Assembly: GCA_964016885.1 (NCBI GenBank)
Contig: OZ024740.1
Location: 204,538,001-204,602,000 of the forward strand
Reading direction: 5' to 3'
Source: Eledone cirrhosa
Taxonomy: Eukaryota
DNA: 64,000 bases
Positions 40,401-54,337 of the stretch are shown here, in pieces. The stretch's first letter is position 1. Every line of letters starts with the position of its first letter. Under the pieces are notes generated by a model. The model was not told the origin of the DNA. It did no database searches and saw only the letters and a program-made list of their open reading frames with translations. The position numbers and the translations under genes are program-made.

Positions 40401-42917
40401 CTATCTCTTCTCGCCTATCTCTTCTGGTCTATCACTTCTGGTCTATCTCTTCTCGCCTATCTCTTCTCGCCTATCTCTTCTCGCCTATCTCTTCTGGCCA
40501 ATCTCTTCTGGCCTATCACTTCTGGTCGATCTCTTCTCGCCTATCTCTTCTCGCCTATCTCTTCTCGCCTATCTCTTCTGGTCTATCTCTTCTGGTCTAT
40601 CTCTTCTCGCCTATCTCTTCTCGCCTATCTCTTCTCGCCTATCTCTTCTCGCCTATCTCTTCTGGTCTATCACTTCTCGCCTATCTCTTCTGGTCTATCT
40701 CTTCTCGCCTATCTCTTCTCACCTATCTCTTCTCGCCTATCTCTTCTCGCCTATCTCTTCTGGTCTATCTCTTCTCGCCTATCTCTTCTCGCCTATCTCT
40801 TCTCGCCTATCTCTTCTCGCCTATCTCTTCTCGCCTATCTCTTCTGTTCTATCTCTTCTCGCCTATCTCTTCTCGTCTATCTCTTCTGGTCTATCTCTTC
40901 TCGCCTATCTCTTCTGGTCTATCTCTTCTCGCCTATCTCTTCTGGTCTATCTCTTCTGGTCTATCTCTTCTCGCCTATCTCTTCTCGCCTATCTCTTCTC
41001 GCCTATCTCTTCTGGTCTATCTCTTCTCGCCTATCTCTTCTGGTCTATCTCTTCTCGCCTATCTCTTCTCGCCTATCTCTTCTGGTCTATCTCTTCTCGC
41101 CTATCTCTTCTCGCCTATCTCTTCTGGTCTATCTCTTCTCGCCTATCTCTTCTCGCCTATCTCTTCTCGCCTATCTCTTCTCGCCTATCTCTTCTCGCCT
41201 ATCTCTTCTCGCCTATCTCTTCTGGTCTATCTCTTCTCGCCTATCTCTTCTCGACTATCTCTTCTCGCCTATCTCTTCTGGTCTATCTCTTCTCGCCTAT
41301 CTCTTCTGGTCTATCTCTTCTCGCCTATCTCTTCTCGCCTATCTCTTCTCGCCTATCTCTTCTCGCCTATCTCTTCTCGCCTATCTCTTCTGGTCTATCT
41401 CTTCTCGCCTATCTCTTCTGGTCTATCTCTTCTCGCCTATCTCTTCTCGCCTATCTCTTCTCGCCTATCTCTTCTCGCCTATCTCTTCTCGCCTATCTCT
41501 TCTCGCCTATCTCTTCTCGCCTATCTCTTCTGGTCTATCTCTTCTCGCCTATCTCTTCTCGACTATCTCTTCTCGCCTATCTCTTCTAGTCTATCTCTTC
41601 TGGTCTATCACTTCTGGCCTATCTCTTCTCGCCTATCTCTTCTGGTCTATCTCTTCTCGCCTATCTCTTCTCGCCTATCTCTTCTCGCCTATCTCTTCTC
41701 GCCTATCTCTTCTGGTCTATCTCTTCTGGCCAATCTCTTCTGGTCTATCTCTTCTGGCCTATCTCTTCTGGCCTATCTCTTCTGGCCTATCTCTTCTGGT
41801 CTATCTCTTCTGGTCTATCTCTTCTGGTCTATCTCTTCTGGTCTATCTCTTCTCGCCTATCTCTTCTCGCCTATCTCTTCTCGCCTATCTCTTCTCGCCT
41901 ATCTCTTCTGGTCTATCTCTTCTGGCCAATCTCTTCTGGTCTATCTCTTCTGGCCAATCTCTTCTGGTCTATCTCTTCTGGTCTATCTCTTCTGGCCTAT
42001 CTCTTCTGGTCTATCTCTTCTGGTCTATCTCTTCTGGTCTATCTCTTCTGGTCTATCTCTTCTCGCCTATCTCTTCTCGCCTATCTCTTCTCGCCTATCT
42101 CTTCTCGCCTATCTCTTCTCGCCTATCTCTTCTGGTCTATCTCTTCTCGCCTATCTCTTCTCGCCTATCTCTTCTCGCCTATCTCTTCTCGCCTATCTCT
42201 TCTGGTCTATCTCTTCTCGCCTATCTCTTCTGGTCTATCTCTTCTCGCCTATCTCTTCTGGTCTATCTCTTCTGGTCTATCTCTTCTCGCCTATCTCTTC
42301 TCGCCTATCTCTTCTGGTCTATCTCTTCTCGCCTATCTCTTCTGGTCTATCTCTTCTCGCCTATCTCTTCTCGCCTATCTCTTCTCGCCTATCTCTTCTG
42401 GTCTATCTCTTCTCGCCTATCTCTTCTCGCCTATCTCTTCTGGTCTATCTCTTCTCGCCTATCTCTTCTGGTCTATCTCTTCTCGCCTATCTCTTCTCGC
42501 CTATCTCTTCTCGCCTATCTCTTCTCGCCTATCTCTTCTCGCCTATCTCTTCTGGTCTATCTCTTCTCGCCTATCTCTTCTCGCCTATCTCTTCTCGCCT
42601 ATCTCTTCTCGCCTATCTCTTCTCGCCTATCTCTTCTGGTCTATCTCTTCTCGCCTATCTCTTCTCGCCTATCTCTTCTGGTCTATCTCTTCTCGCCTAT
42701 CTCTTCTCGCCTATCTCTTCTCGCCTATCTCTTCTGGTCTATCTCTTCTCGCCTATCTCTTCTCGCCTATCTCTTCTCGCCTATCTCTTCTCGCCTATCT
42801 CTTCTGGTCTATCTCTTCTGGTCTATCACTTCTGGTCTATCTCTTCTCGCCTATCTCTTCTCGCCTATCTCTTCTCGCCTATCTCTTCTCGCCTATCTCT
42901 TCTCGCCTATCTCTTTT
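28431..42917. repeat. 14-bp satellite, about 1030 units (CTATCTCTTCT + CGC/GGT), in GATD1 intron 4
   Basis: Continuous tandem array. Confidence 0.99.
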
Positions 42918-43264
42918 GCAGCAAGCTTCTACTTGGAGCTCTTAACATTCCTTCAATCAAAGATCCTCATCTATATGCATCATGTGTCCATACCAGCATC
43001 ATCTTCTCTCTTTCACTCTACATCTGGTTCTTTTTAGGCCCAGATTTTCTTTCAATTCATCTGTGCTTCATCATTCATCACACTAATATCATCATCATCA
43101 TCATTTAACATCTGTTCTACCATGCTAGTGTAGGTTAGACAGGTTGTCACCTACCAAGTCAGTACTTCATCGTAACTACTGATCTCATTTTTCTCATCTT
43201 CCAGTTTTTGGCATGGTTTTAACAGCTGGATGAACTTCCTACAACATATTTTTTTTTATTTCAG

Positions 43265-43371
43265 AACCCATCTGTGCCATTGGTATGGGAACTGTAGGAC
43301 TTTGTCCTGCAACTCTGAAAGCTAAATCTAACAACACCTGCTGGAATTTCCAAGATTACAGCATGACTGGA
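43265..43371 (+). CDS. GATD1: GATD1 exon 5
   Basis: (K)PICAIGMGTVGLCPATLKAKSNNTCWNFQDYSMTG; AG acceptor, GTAAGA donor. Confidence 0.93.
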
Positions 43372-43669
43372 GTAAGAAGTAACATTTTTATTTCCTCTAA
43401 CTTTTCTTAACCTTTTCATTTACTATGGTGGCATTTGAACTTAGAACATTGTGAGTTGAAAGAAATACTGCAAAGTATTTAATCTCTACTAATTCAACAC
43501 CTTTTGATACCAAACTGCCTGAAACCACCCCAGATTATGTCACAAGGATGTATATTTTAAAGTGTTTACCTAAAAACCTTCAGTCATAATTTTTTTAAAT
43601 ACTCAAGAATTTGGTGGGATTTAGTAATATAACTAAGTTTCTTATTATTGTTTTTGTTTTAAACATAGG

Positions 43670-43810
43670 ACCACCTCCCTACTCACCACCATTGGCACAG
43701 AGATCACTACCCGCAGGTGTGAGGCTCATGAGCTGTAATGGCATATCCCTCACCATCCTTCAGGGAAATGCCCTCACTATTCTGTCCACCAGGACCACAG
43801 GGACGGCCAG
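43670..43810 (+). mobile_element. Short degenerate 3' fragment of the CRE-like element
   Basis: Similar to 4278-4400. Confidence 0.65.
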
Positions 43811-45558
43811 CACATGGACTCCCATTTGCATATAATAGTGAGAGATGGGTGGACGGAGAGAGATGGCAACAGTAAGTGAAAGAGAGAACATCAATGCACA
43901 CATACATTTGATATGACAACGATAGATGATACTGTTCTAGTTAGCCACTTAACAAAGGTTCTTAGATAAAATTATAATGGAAGGTTTTTAGATAAATATA
44001 AACATTTTAAAACAAAGAGTTTTGTATCACAGAACCAGAAGTAGTTTCGGGTGGCTCTTTATTAAAAGGGTTAAATAGATTCCATTCTTTGTGTTTGAGT
44101 TCAATCACTTCTTTGGTTTCTAAATGTTTTATTCTTGTTGTTCTCAGGACTATTTACTTGTATTTGTAGATGGTGTCATTGTTGGTGATGTTGTTGTTGT
44201 TATTGGTAGATAATGATTACATTAAATATTGTCTTATCAAGTGCATGTGTACATGTAGACTGTAGTAAGATATTTGTTTTCAGAGACTGGCTCAATATTC
44301 TAAACTAGTCGAATATATAAATTATTGAAACACTGCAAAGAATATAATGATGATGGGTCCTCCATTAGTTTCAATGATGAACATTCAGTTGTTTGATCAA
44401 CTGAATGTTCAACTCATAAATTAATATGCATGTGGTTGAGTATTCAACAGAAATGTGTATCCTTAACTTACTTCAATCCAAGTTGAATCAGTATGACTCA
44501 ATATGTGACAAGGGTGGTCTTTTGAATTACTAATCAAATCTGACTGATGGGTTTCTACACATTTTCTTTCTACCCAGTTTCAATTACATGGTTTGGGTGC
44601 AAACTGACACATGCCCAAGATGCCATACACTTGTATTGAATCCAGGATCTCATGATGTAAAGTAAACTTCTTCCCCCACTCAACTCTGCTTGCTAACAAT
44701 ATTATTTACTCAAACACTGGTAAAAATATTATTGCAATAAATATTACTTTTCTTCCATTCATCAGTTACACATTGCCTAATATCTAGAAATGGGTACCAA
44801 ATCAATGTTAGGATTGAAGCACAGCTACACTGGGTCAGGCATATGTTACATATGGGTGACAAGCATATCCCAAGGCTACCCTATTTGACCAGCTGGACAC
44901 AGGACACTGGTCATGATACAAAGATGTCCTCAAAACCACATTGATATCATGTAAATGGTATAAAGGTGTCCTCAAAACCTGAGGTCATGTCAGACTGATC
45001 CAACAACATGAAAAGCATAAACCAGCAACTGAGCATGATGGTGGAAGATCTACTACAAAAGCACTACTCATTTGAAGAGGGATGACACAAGCTAACAACT
45101 GTGCATAAGAGCGGAAGATCTGCTAAAAAGGCACCACTCAGTTTGTAAAGGATCACACAGGCCTGTTAGTTGCTTGTCAATAAGTGTGACACACTGCTGC
45201 ATACAAGCCACCTCCACATCACCCACACAACAACATATCTGTCCTGAATGCAACAGGTTATGAGTCATGCATAGTATTCATTAGCCATTACAGACATAGA
45301 CATCTACCTTAGACATTGGTGATGAATTAATCCATATATATTGTAACTGGAACATGATGTCCAGAAGTATTCAAGGTTTTAAGTATATATAGTTGTGAGC
45401 TTCTACAAAGAAACCTTTCCTAATAGGTAGGAAAGCCCTCACATTTGCTGAGTTATAGTGCACCTGAGCAGTGTACACAATTATTTTCATTATTATCATT
45501 GCATGTATTTGATATGAAAATTTTATATTTTAATAAAATTCTATTCATTGTTTAACAG

Positions 45559-45652
45559 CCTTCTGTGTTGGAGCTTGCACGTAAAGCTGATTTTGCAAAT
45601 TTACCCATTGTTCCAGAAGATTTCATTAAGGACAATGGTGCCAGTTATAGCA
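45559..45652 (+). CDS. GATD1: GATD1 exon 6
   Basis: PSVLELARKADFANLPIVPEDFIKDNGASYS; AG acceptor, GTAAGT donor. Confidence 0.94.
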
Positions 45653-46189
45653 GTAAGTATTAAAAATGTCATCATCATCAGTTTTATATCAATTATTTCC
45701 ATGCTCACTTAAGTGAGACAAGACATTCTGAGACAGAATCCTATGGCCAGATGCCTTTCTTGGTGCCAAACATCACTTGTTTTTTTAACTCTTAACATCC
45801 TGTAATGATAGAACTGAAAATATATAAAAATAGGTTTGTTAATTCAACTGGTTATAGTATGTTTACAAGTGGAGAGATTGTTGTGAAAATTAGCAGTAAA
45901 GACTTCAATTTTTAATGTGATGCAGTTTTGTACATTTCAAGGATGTTTTACGAATGCAGTTTCATGTGGTACAGGACATTAAGAGTTAAATGAGGTGCAG
46001 ATCTTCACAGGTCTAGCCATTAAGCATCAATGTTAAATGTGAAGTGGAGAGACATTGATCCTGTATGCTTGCCTGTCGTTCCCGGGGAATCAGTGTTTCT
46101 CTTTGTGTCTGTGAGTGTTACATGCTGCCGAACCGTCTACGAGTTGTTGGAAACTCCGAAATTAATGGATATGTGTGTGTGTTACGTGT

Positions 46190-46935
46190 GTAACTACAGT
46201 TACAGTCAGCTAATGAGGTTGTATTGGCTAATTTAGTATGCTTAAAAGCATGTGTGTGGGAATAATATCTTTTTTTCTTAAGGAATTGGTTGTTACTCCT
46301 ATGTATATTTGTGTTTTGCCTTCTGTAATTACCTTGCATTGATATACCACACTGGTATTAAGACAATTTCCTTTGAGTGGGCAGTTTGCTTTAGTCCTGC
46401 AGTTGCAGTTTGGGTTACTAGAGTGATCCGAGCGAGCAGTTTGCATGGGTTGTATCACTTGTGGTCGCTTGACTAGATCCAGGGTTTGTATTGGTTAAGC
46501 TAATATTACTAACACAGTTACTATTGTTGTCAGTACTAGTGTCTCCATTGGGGGCACCATGGGCTATATGCTATGTTTGCTGTTCTGTAACTACTCTGGT
46601 TGTGTTGGTGTTAGTATTAGCGTTAGTGCTGATGTTTCCTTGGTATGGTGAGATAAGGTAATTTATTGAAATATCCATACTAGCAGTTGAAGTGTGGGTC
46701 TGTTCCAAATTATTCTTAAGCTTTGATATGTTAGTCACGTTTATTCTCATTTGTAGGTTAGGTGTGGTAGAGTACGATAGCTTAATTGTAAAGGTATTTA
46801 ATATCTGGTGGTATCCGTGTAGGTAAGAAGTGTTTCCTTAAGATTGAGAAGAATTTTGATGGTAAATGGCCTTTGGTCAGGACTTATAGAAGGATTATAC
46901 CAGAAAATTCTACATTTGTAATTTCTGTTTTTTCA
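46190..46935 (-). mobile_element. Degenerate Penelope-like element (linker plus GIY-YIG endonuclease)
   Basis: IFWYNP, IKLSYSTTPNL, CNCR..NCPL.GNCL..SVVYQC.V...YIGVT, KRYYSH. Confidence 0.85.
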
Positions 46936-47535
46936 TGAGTCATAGGGTGTATTGTATGTTGTCATTTGTCACACAGTTGTAAAAACCCAGCTAAAATACA
47001 GTTCCGTTTGAGCAAGGAACGGCGTGGTCAACTGGCCAGACTTGTCTCATAACATGGATGACCCGTCTAACCCATGCAAGTGTGGAAAAATAAGGCACTA
47101 AATGGTGATGACGATGATATCTCTCTCTGTTTCTATGGTTGGATGCTCTTCCTAACACCAATCACTTTACAGAATGTACTGTGTCTATCGTATTATGACA
47201 CCACCACTAAAGTGATATCATGTCCTCCACAAGACTAAAGAATTACTTCTACTCCATGTTGTCTCCAATCAATCATCAACCACTTTACAGAGTGTACTTG
47301 GTGTATTTTATCATAGTATCAGCATTAGTTGTCGTTTCCTCAACAAGACTGGAGTATTCTCTACTCTACAGATGTGACAGATTTCATTAAATCCTTCAGG
47401 TTATTAAATATTAGGGATAATTTTCTTTTGTGATCTACAGAACACAAGACATTTGATAAATAGATTATTTGGAAATATCTTTTAAAATACCATTATTATA
47501 CTCTTAAATCTTTTTTTTCGTTTTTTTTTTTCCAG

Positions 47536-47651
47536 GCAGTGAATGTGATTCTATACACATCATTGTTGACCGACACCTTGTCACTGGCCAGAATGTCCAA
47601 TCAACCCTTATAGCTGTTCAAAACCTGATCTTACTATGTAATCAGAAGTAA
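47536..47651 (+). CDS. GATD1: GATD1 exon 7 (last coding exon if AAG-TAA is read through)
   Basis: (S)SECDSIHIIVDRHLVTGQNVQSTLIAVQNLILLCNQK*; the seven exons sum to 660 nt. Confidence 0.93.
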
Positions 47652-50539
47652 TTTATTTCTCACAAACAATTGACCAAAATCATGCAACTCCCCAGATTCC
47701 ATTAAAAAAAAAAAACTCTTTCTGTCATTTTTTTTTTTAAATTTCTTACAAAATTATGATTACTGGAAAAAAAAGCATCTTCTAAAAATATATATTTATG
47801 CTGCTTTCATAATACAGCCATGTATATGGGTTTATTTTTGAAAACATAAAATATCTTAATTATTATTTAGTTTTATTTCTTTTATCACCATCATTGTCTT
47901 TACATATGTTTTATGCTTCTCTCCACTTGTTTCTTTCCTTCATCATTTATCATCTCCTTTGTAAGGTTCAGTTTCCTGAAATCAGCTTCACCACCTTTGC
48001 TAACATCTTTCTTGGTCTTCCTCTTCTGCAGCTTTCTTCCACTTGGAATTTCTGACAGTTCTTCACCCAATGATTATCATCCATGTACATTTAATGTCTT
48101 TGTTTATTAAAAATAGCTTATTACAAGATTTATTTTCAGATTCGTAACAAAAATCATTTCTTTCCACAAGGAAAAATCTAATAAGGAGGACATAATGTTC
48201 CATACAAAGAAGCCATTATTCCCTTCAATATTTCAATTAAGTCAGAGATCAGTGAGTCACTCCAGGTAGAGCCACTACTTCTCCAAATTCATATCCTGAG
48301 CAAGATAGTTGGATAACATCCATGAGCTTAACTGGTTTCGCTTGGGGACCCAGCCAAATCAGTTGGAGACAGTTGCTTCTGACAGGACCCGCTGGAAGGA
48401 GTGTTTGAGGACTTTGCCCCCACGACCCTCTCAGGAATAAGTGGTTGAAGAACATGTCAAAAGCTGTTCAGCATTAACCACCAGAAATCACCTGCTGTTC
48501 TATGATATTGTTTTCTTTTAAGTGTTTACATTAATCTAGAATCTTTTCATCATAATTTTACTTAAGAACCTTTAAGTTGTGCTGAAAATACCAACTTAAT
48601 AATAGCTTCTAACATAGGCATATGGCCATTAATTTTGAGGGAGAGGAATGTCAATTAAATTGACTCCAGAGTTTGACTGGTACCTTATTTTATTGACCCC
48701 AGAAGAATGAAAGGCAAAGCTGATCTCGAGAGGATTTGAACTCGGAAAAGAAAAGACAACAAATAATTGTTTCTACTTTTGGCACAAGGCCAGCAATTAC
48801 CCCAATGTATTACTGGTACTTTATTTTATCGACCCTGTAAGAATGAAAGGCAAAGTTAACCTCGGTGGGATTTGAACTCGGACCGTAAAGGGACGTAACT
48901 ATGCTGTATTTGTTACTTTGTATGGTTTCAACCATTATCATCATCATTATCCTCATATTGTGTGCTTTTCCATGCTGGAATGGCTTGGACAGGTCAATTT
49001 CAATACAGCATCTCTCCATTTGTTGCAGTTCTTTGTTAATTCTATTGTAAACATCCTAAGATCAGTTCTCACTGCTTCTATTCACATCTTTGGTCTTCTT
49101 CCTTATGTTCCTTCTAATTGCATTGTTTGATACTTTCTTACCCAGCTATCATAGTTCATAAACATCACATGTCCATACCATCACAATCTTTCCTCTTGTA
49201 TTTGAAGAAACTCTCTCAGTTCTGACAATGAGTACTCTAATTGTTTGATCAACAGAACGGCTTGCTCATGAAATCAATGTGCAAGTGGTTGAGCATTCTA
49301 TAGATACACGTTTCCTTAAAATAAGACAGTGAATTGGCAGAGTCGCTAGAACACCGGATAGAATGCTCTATGGTATTCATTCCGGTTCTCTGCTCTCTGA
49401 GTTCAAATCCCGCCGAGGTCAACTTTTCCAGGTCAATAAAATAGTACCAGTCTAGTACTGGGGTTGATTCTTCTTCTATATATTTTTCTCATTTCCTCTA
49501 TCTTTCTCTAGAAGAAATCTGCTATACTCGGGCCTGGAGAGGGATGGGCTCCGCCAGGCTTAAAATGCCCAAGAAACGCTGTATGTCAATACAGGGCCCC
49601 TACGACTCCATCAGGAGTTACGGGACCATACCCATATCCCCATTCTTAAAATAGTTACCAGAAAGATTGAACATGACACAGTTTGTAACAAGATTGGCCC
49701 TTTGAATCACAGGTACAAATCTTTTTTTCCAGTTGAGTGGACTGAAGCAATGGATCAACAGATCACCAGGAATCGATCTTATGATCATAAGTTGAACACT
49801 GTAACCACTAAACCACACATTTTCATCTATCTTATAACACTACAGTGAATACTTCTCATGCTAAGTTTTTCTCAACATTTGTGGTCCATTGTTCATCCTT
49901 GCTATCATCACACATCTAGTTGACTATACCCCTTTCATTTATTTCTAGCTTTTTGTATATTCCAAACTTTGAACTGCCATGTCTTGCTACTATACAATAT
50001 TTCATTTCAGACACAAACACCTTACAGACGGATTACCTTTCCAGGGGTGGTGGAACTGGGGGGGGGGGGGGGGGGGGCCATGCACCCCACCCCCCACCGA
50101 TTATATTTTTCTCCCCAAACTACCAAAACACACATCCATTTGTATATGCACTACAATTTTTGCAAGTTATGTTTATTGCATATCAAAGTTTTTTTATATC
50201 TTGGTTGATATTTGATAATGACAGTGTTATATATTATGTTTTTTAAAATGCAAAGAGTTAAACTAATCACTTCAACTAAATTGACCAAATTCCCCCGACC
50301 CCCACTTCAGAAATGTTTCCACAGCTCTTGATTTCATTCAGTGACAAAAACCTTTTGTTGTTAAGAGAGGTAATAGCTTTCTTAATCTTATTCCTTTCGT
50401 TCTTACTTTGGTTACTATACTTTTACAACATCCACATCTACTGCTGATGAGGTCACCTAAGTAACAGAAGCTATCAACTACTTTCAATGAACCTTCTGGG
50501 CTTTCCTGGTGTTCCGATACTCTTATGTATTACATATGC

Positions 50540-50780
50540 TTAAAATCCCACTGCACCTTTTTGTCTGGCCATATTGACTACGTAGTATAGAGTTCTCCCT
50601 TTACTTCCCTTCTTCATCTCAAGTATAGCCACTTCCCAGTTGATAGAGGGTTCTGTTACTCCCTTGCTGATAAAGACTTTTGTCTTTGCTAAATTGACCT
50701 TTAGACCTCTTGGTTCTAATTCCTCAGACATTTGCATTAATTCTTCGAATGATTGGGCTATAAGAACTAGACCATTCGCA
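50540..50780 (-). mobile_element. Degenerate RTE-like RT fragment
   Basis: LEPRGLKVNLAKTKV. Confidence 0.55.
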
Positions 50781-50784
50781 CATC

Positions 50785-51060
50785 AGGTGTGGAGCAAAAT
50801 CAAGGGGATGCTGATTGTTTTCAATTTCCAAGGTGTTGTGCATCACAAATATGTACCCAAAAAGCAAACAGTTACAAAAGGGTAGTATTAGGAAGTCCTC
50901 CGATATGTTAATGTGCAAGAGACCAGATCTGTGGGCCTCACAAAACTGGCAGCTGCATCATGACAGTGCCCCAGCTGATCAAAGAAAGGCATTTTGATGA
51001 TTTGCCAGGCTCTATGCTCTCCAGACATGGCTCCTTCTGACTTCTGGTTGTTACTGAAAG
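50785..51060 (+). mobile_element. Degenerate mariner transposase fragment
   Basis: SKIKGMLIVF..GVVHH.YVP..QTV, WQLHHDSAPA, PDMAPSDFWL. Confidence 0.82.
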
Positions 51061-51099
51061 TGGGGGGGGGGGGGGAGATGTTCTGTCAACCTAATTCCA

Positions 51100-51620
51100 A
51101 GATCCATTTCTTAATTTGATTTGGTTTGCAGGTAGTTTATGACTGTCTCTGTATTGGCATTTCTCTTTAGCTCAGTCTCTATATCTCCAAGCAACATAAA
51201 TGCCAATGCCAGTATTCGGTAGATGCTTTTGGACCCTACCTGCTGTCATACTACCTTAATGCCTGCCATTTCCAATGACATTGTTAAACATGGCTTGGAT
51301 GCAGCTGGCTTCCATTGCAGGGTTAGATTGAGGGGACAGCAAAAAACTGCATGGCATTACAAACTTCCCCTTTGGATGTAGAAAGTCCCTCATCTGGAAT
51401 GCAATCTGCAATGATACTTTATCTAGAGGCAACTTGATAAAATTAGTCGAAGACCCAGACTGAAGCTAACAAAGTACCAACTGCTCTCTGAAAGGTTACT
51501 CATCAAACTTAGAGCAATGAAAACATCTGACGTCCCTCCATATTCACTTTGGTTCATTCAGTACACCCCCTCCTTACTACTCTCTGTAGTAACATTCACC
51601 ATTTTGTCCACTAGGACCAT
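51100..51620 (+). mobile_element. Old degenerate CRE-like fragment
   Basis: CATGGCTTGGATGCAGCTGGCTTCC and flanks align by eye to 3870-4400. Confidence 0.65.
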
Positions 51621-52399
51621 GAAACAAATATATAGTTCCTTTTGACACATAATTAATGGAGGAATTAACAGGTACTATTACCACTAATATGACAGAAGGC
51701 TAATTCTCGGGGGGCTTCACTTATTCCCTTAGCTTGCTTTAGAATGCACTTCAATTACTTTTTAACAAATGTGGAACACTTTACTTACCTTATTATTAGT
51801 AAAATGTACTGGGTGCATTTCATTGTATCACAAAAACTACCACTTTACAGAGTTAATTGGGCACATTTTATCATGACACCAGCAATACCAATTTACAGAA
51901 TGTACTGGGTATAGTTTGACAGTACACTCTGTTAAGAGAGAGTGCAGGTAACTGCTTTTTATTGTAACATCAACACTACTACTTTACAGAGTGAGCGTGA
52001 TGCATTTCGTTATGGCACCAAGCACATTACTGAGTGCCTTTTATTATAGGACAAACACTACACTACCATTTAATGTACTGGGTGCCTTTTATCATAACAG
52101 TAGCACTACAACTACAGCAGGTAGTGGGTGCCTTTTGTGGTACCAACACTAGAGAGGCCATTGTCTTCAACAGGTCTAAAGATGTCACCTTCAAACCCTA
52201 TGTTATCTCTGAATCTTAACCACTTTATGAAGTGTACTGTTTGTGTATAATGAACATGCATTTAGCTTCGCTATAAGTACTATCACGGCTACTTTAGCAT
52301 CGAGGTGGAGACATTTCACTGTTGTTCAGTTCATCAGCATTTGCTGGGTTACAGAAAACTACATCTTCACTGATCTCTAAAAGTCTGTCTCACGCCAGT

Positions 52400-52632
52400 T
52401 AGTCGCTTCACGCCATGAAACTGGCCTGTGTACAAGACTCCTCTTTGGACAGGGCGCCAGTCTATCGCAAAGTTAAACCCCCACCTATTGCCAGTACTCA
52501 TTTTCATCTGAGTTTACTGGAGTAACATGAAATGAAGTATTTTGCTCAAGAACACAACACACAGCCCAGGAATTGAAACCACGATATTATGATTGTAAGT
52601 GCAACACCCTTACCGCTAGGCCACGCTCCTCC
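52400..52632 (-). mobile_element. tRNA-derived SINE (family C); similar copy near 17810-17960 (+)
   Basis: A-box TGGCCTAGCGG, B-box-like GGTTTCAATTCC, TTCTTGAGCAA..ACTT core. Confidence 0.7.
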
Positions 52633-53918
52633 ACTGACAACAGAAATACATCCCAGCAAGAACATTATGTATGGATTCATAAAGCATATCTAAGGGGAAA
52701 CTCTCATGTAAATTCAGCATGACAGTGTGTGACAAGGCAGACTCTGAGATACAGGTATAGTCTGTCTGATGGACTTCCATGATGCCACATAGTGGGATCA
52801 ATCCTGGGACTTAAATTATGAAGTGAACAATTCAGCCATGCTGCATCAAAACACACATACACAATAAAAAAGAGAAAAAAAAGGCAAATCATTTTGGTGA
52901 AGGCTTTATTGTGGTTTTTCATATTGCTAAACTTGCAACTGGAGGAAAAAAGCCCAATTGAAATAACAAATTTGGATTGACCATTTGAGACGTCTGTACA
53001 GAACATTTGGGATAATATACTGGGGTATAACATATTCCACTGAATATATTTATTTTGAGCTGGAGTGAACTTAGGTCTTAAATAATAGTTTCTAATCTGA
53101 TGTAGACTCAAAGCTAGAAATTTGGTAGGGAAGTTTGAGGGGGAAGACAATCAAATCGACCCCAGTACTTAACTGGTACTTTGCCTTTCATCCTTCTGGG
53201 ATCAATAACAAAGTTGACCTCGACATTTTGTCCGATACTCTAATGATTCTAGTAATCCAGTGTCCTTATTTCATAAATAATGATTCCTATAGAGAATATA
53301 TTGGAAGCAAGTTAAGCAAAATTGTATTTATCCTTCTGAGTAGTTTATAAATCTCATTTTGAGCTGTAATAACTTCTTCACCTACCCTTGTTTTTTTTTT
53401 TATTCAAAAACGATCTTTTGTAAACTATATATATAATGGGTAGATTGCTGATGGGTACCGGGAGGTGACCACAGTTGAAAGAGAGAAAGAATTACTTTCT
53501 ACCTAAACTAACCTTTTGACAAGCTAAAATGAAATAATGAAATATCTAAGTACCTATGGTTTGTGCTAACCTTAACAAGTAGGTGTTCCAGGGGTTATAA
53601 CAATTCTGAGAAAATAGTAATGATGATAACATAGAAGGGGAAAAAAGAGAACAGTGGTTGGAATGTCAGTAAGCATGACACACATATATACATACATAAA
53701 ACAAATCAAAATAACCCTTTTTTTTGTTTTTTTATTGTGGTGGGGGGGGGGGGCTCTTTTTTTGTACACTAAATACAAGAAACAATATAAAGATAAAGAC
53801 AAGTGAAGCAACTTTTTATGATATACAGATCTATTAATGAAGACAAAAATAGCATGCCATATTTCAGAGATGGCAAAACAAAAACAAAAATGTACACATA
53901 CACACACATATATATATA

Positions 53919-53961
<43 letters not shown>

Positions 53962-54296
53962 AACAGTTACTAGTTTAGAAAATTAAAAAATTCTCTACAA
54001 ATCACCTTATATAGAAAAATAATAATAAAGAATTGAAGATGCATTTTCCGAAGAAAATAAAGGAACTACTGCAGTGTCCGATGTGGCTTGCTATACCATG
54101 CTGGCCAAAATATATATATATACACACACACAGATACACACATATGCAAATTTACAGTACATAATGAAAAGAAAATAGTTCATACAAAATTTAAATCTTT
54201 AACTCTATTATATTATGTCTTTTCATTGTTTACTGTAAATTTGCATATATATATATATATATAAAAACCAATTAGGTGCATCTTCATTTTATTATT

Positions 54297-54337
<41 letters not shown>

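Noticed and set aside
29017-41589. Giant ORFs of 518-2570 aa
   Set aside because: The 14-bp unit lacks stops in all three + frames; the ORFs overlap, have non-ATG starts and lie in a GATD1 intron
50438-50485. CTGATGA-GGTCAC..GTAACA-GAAG hammerhead-like relic
   Set aside because: GAAA, stem II and stem III are degenerate; at most a dead remnant
52555-52632. tRNA-like sequence with A/B boxes
   Set aside because: No complete cloverleaf; head of a dispersed SINE
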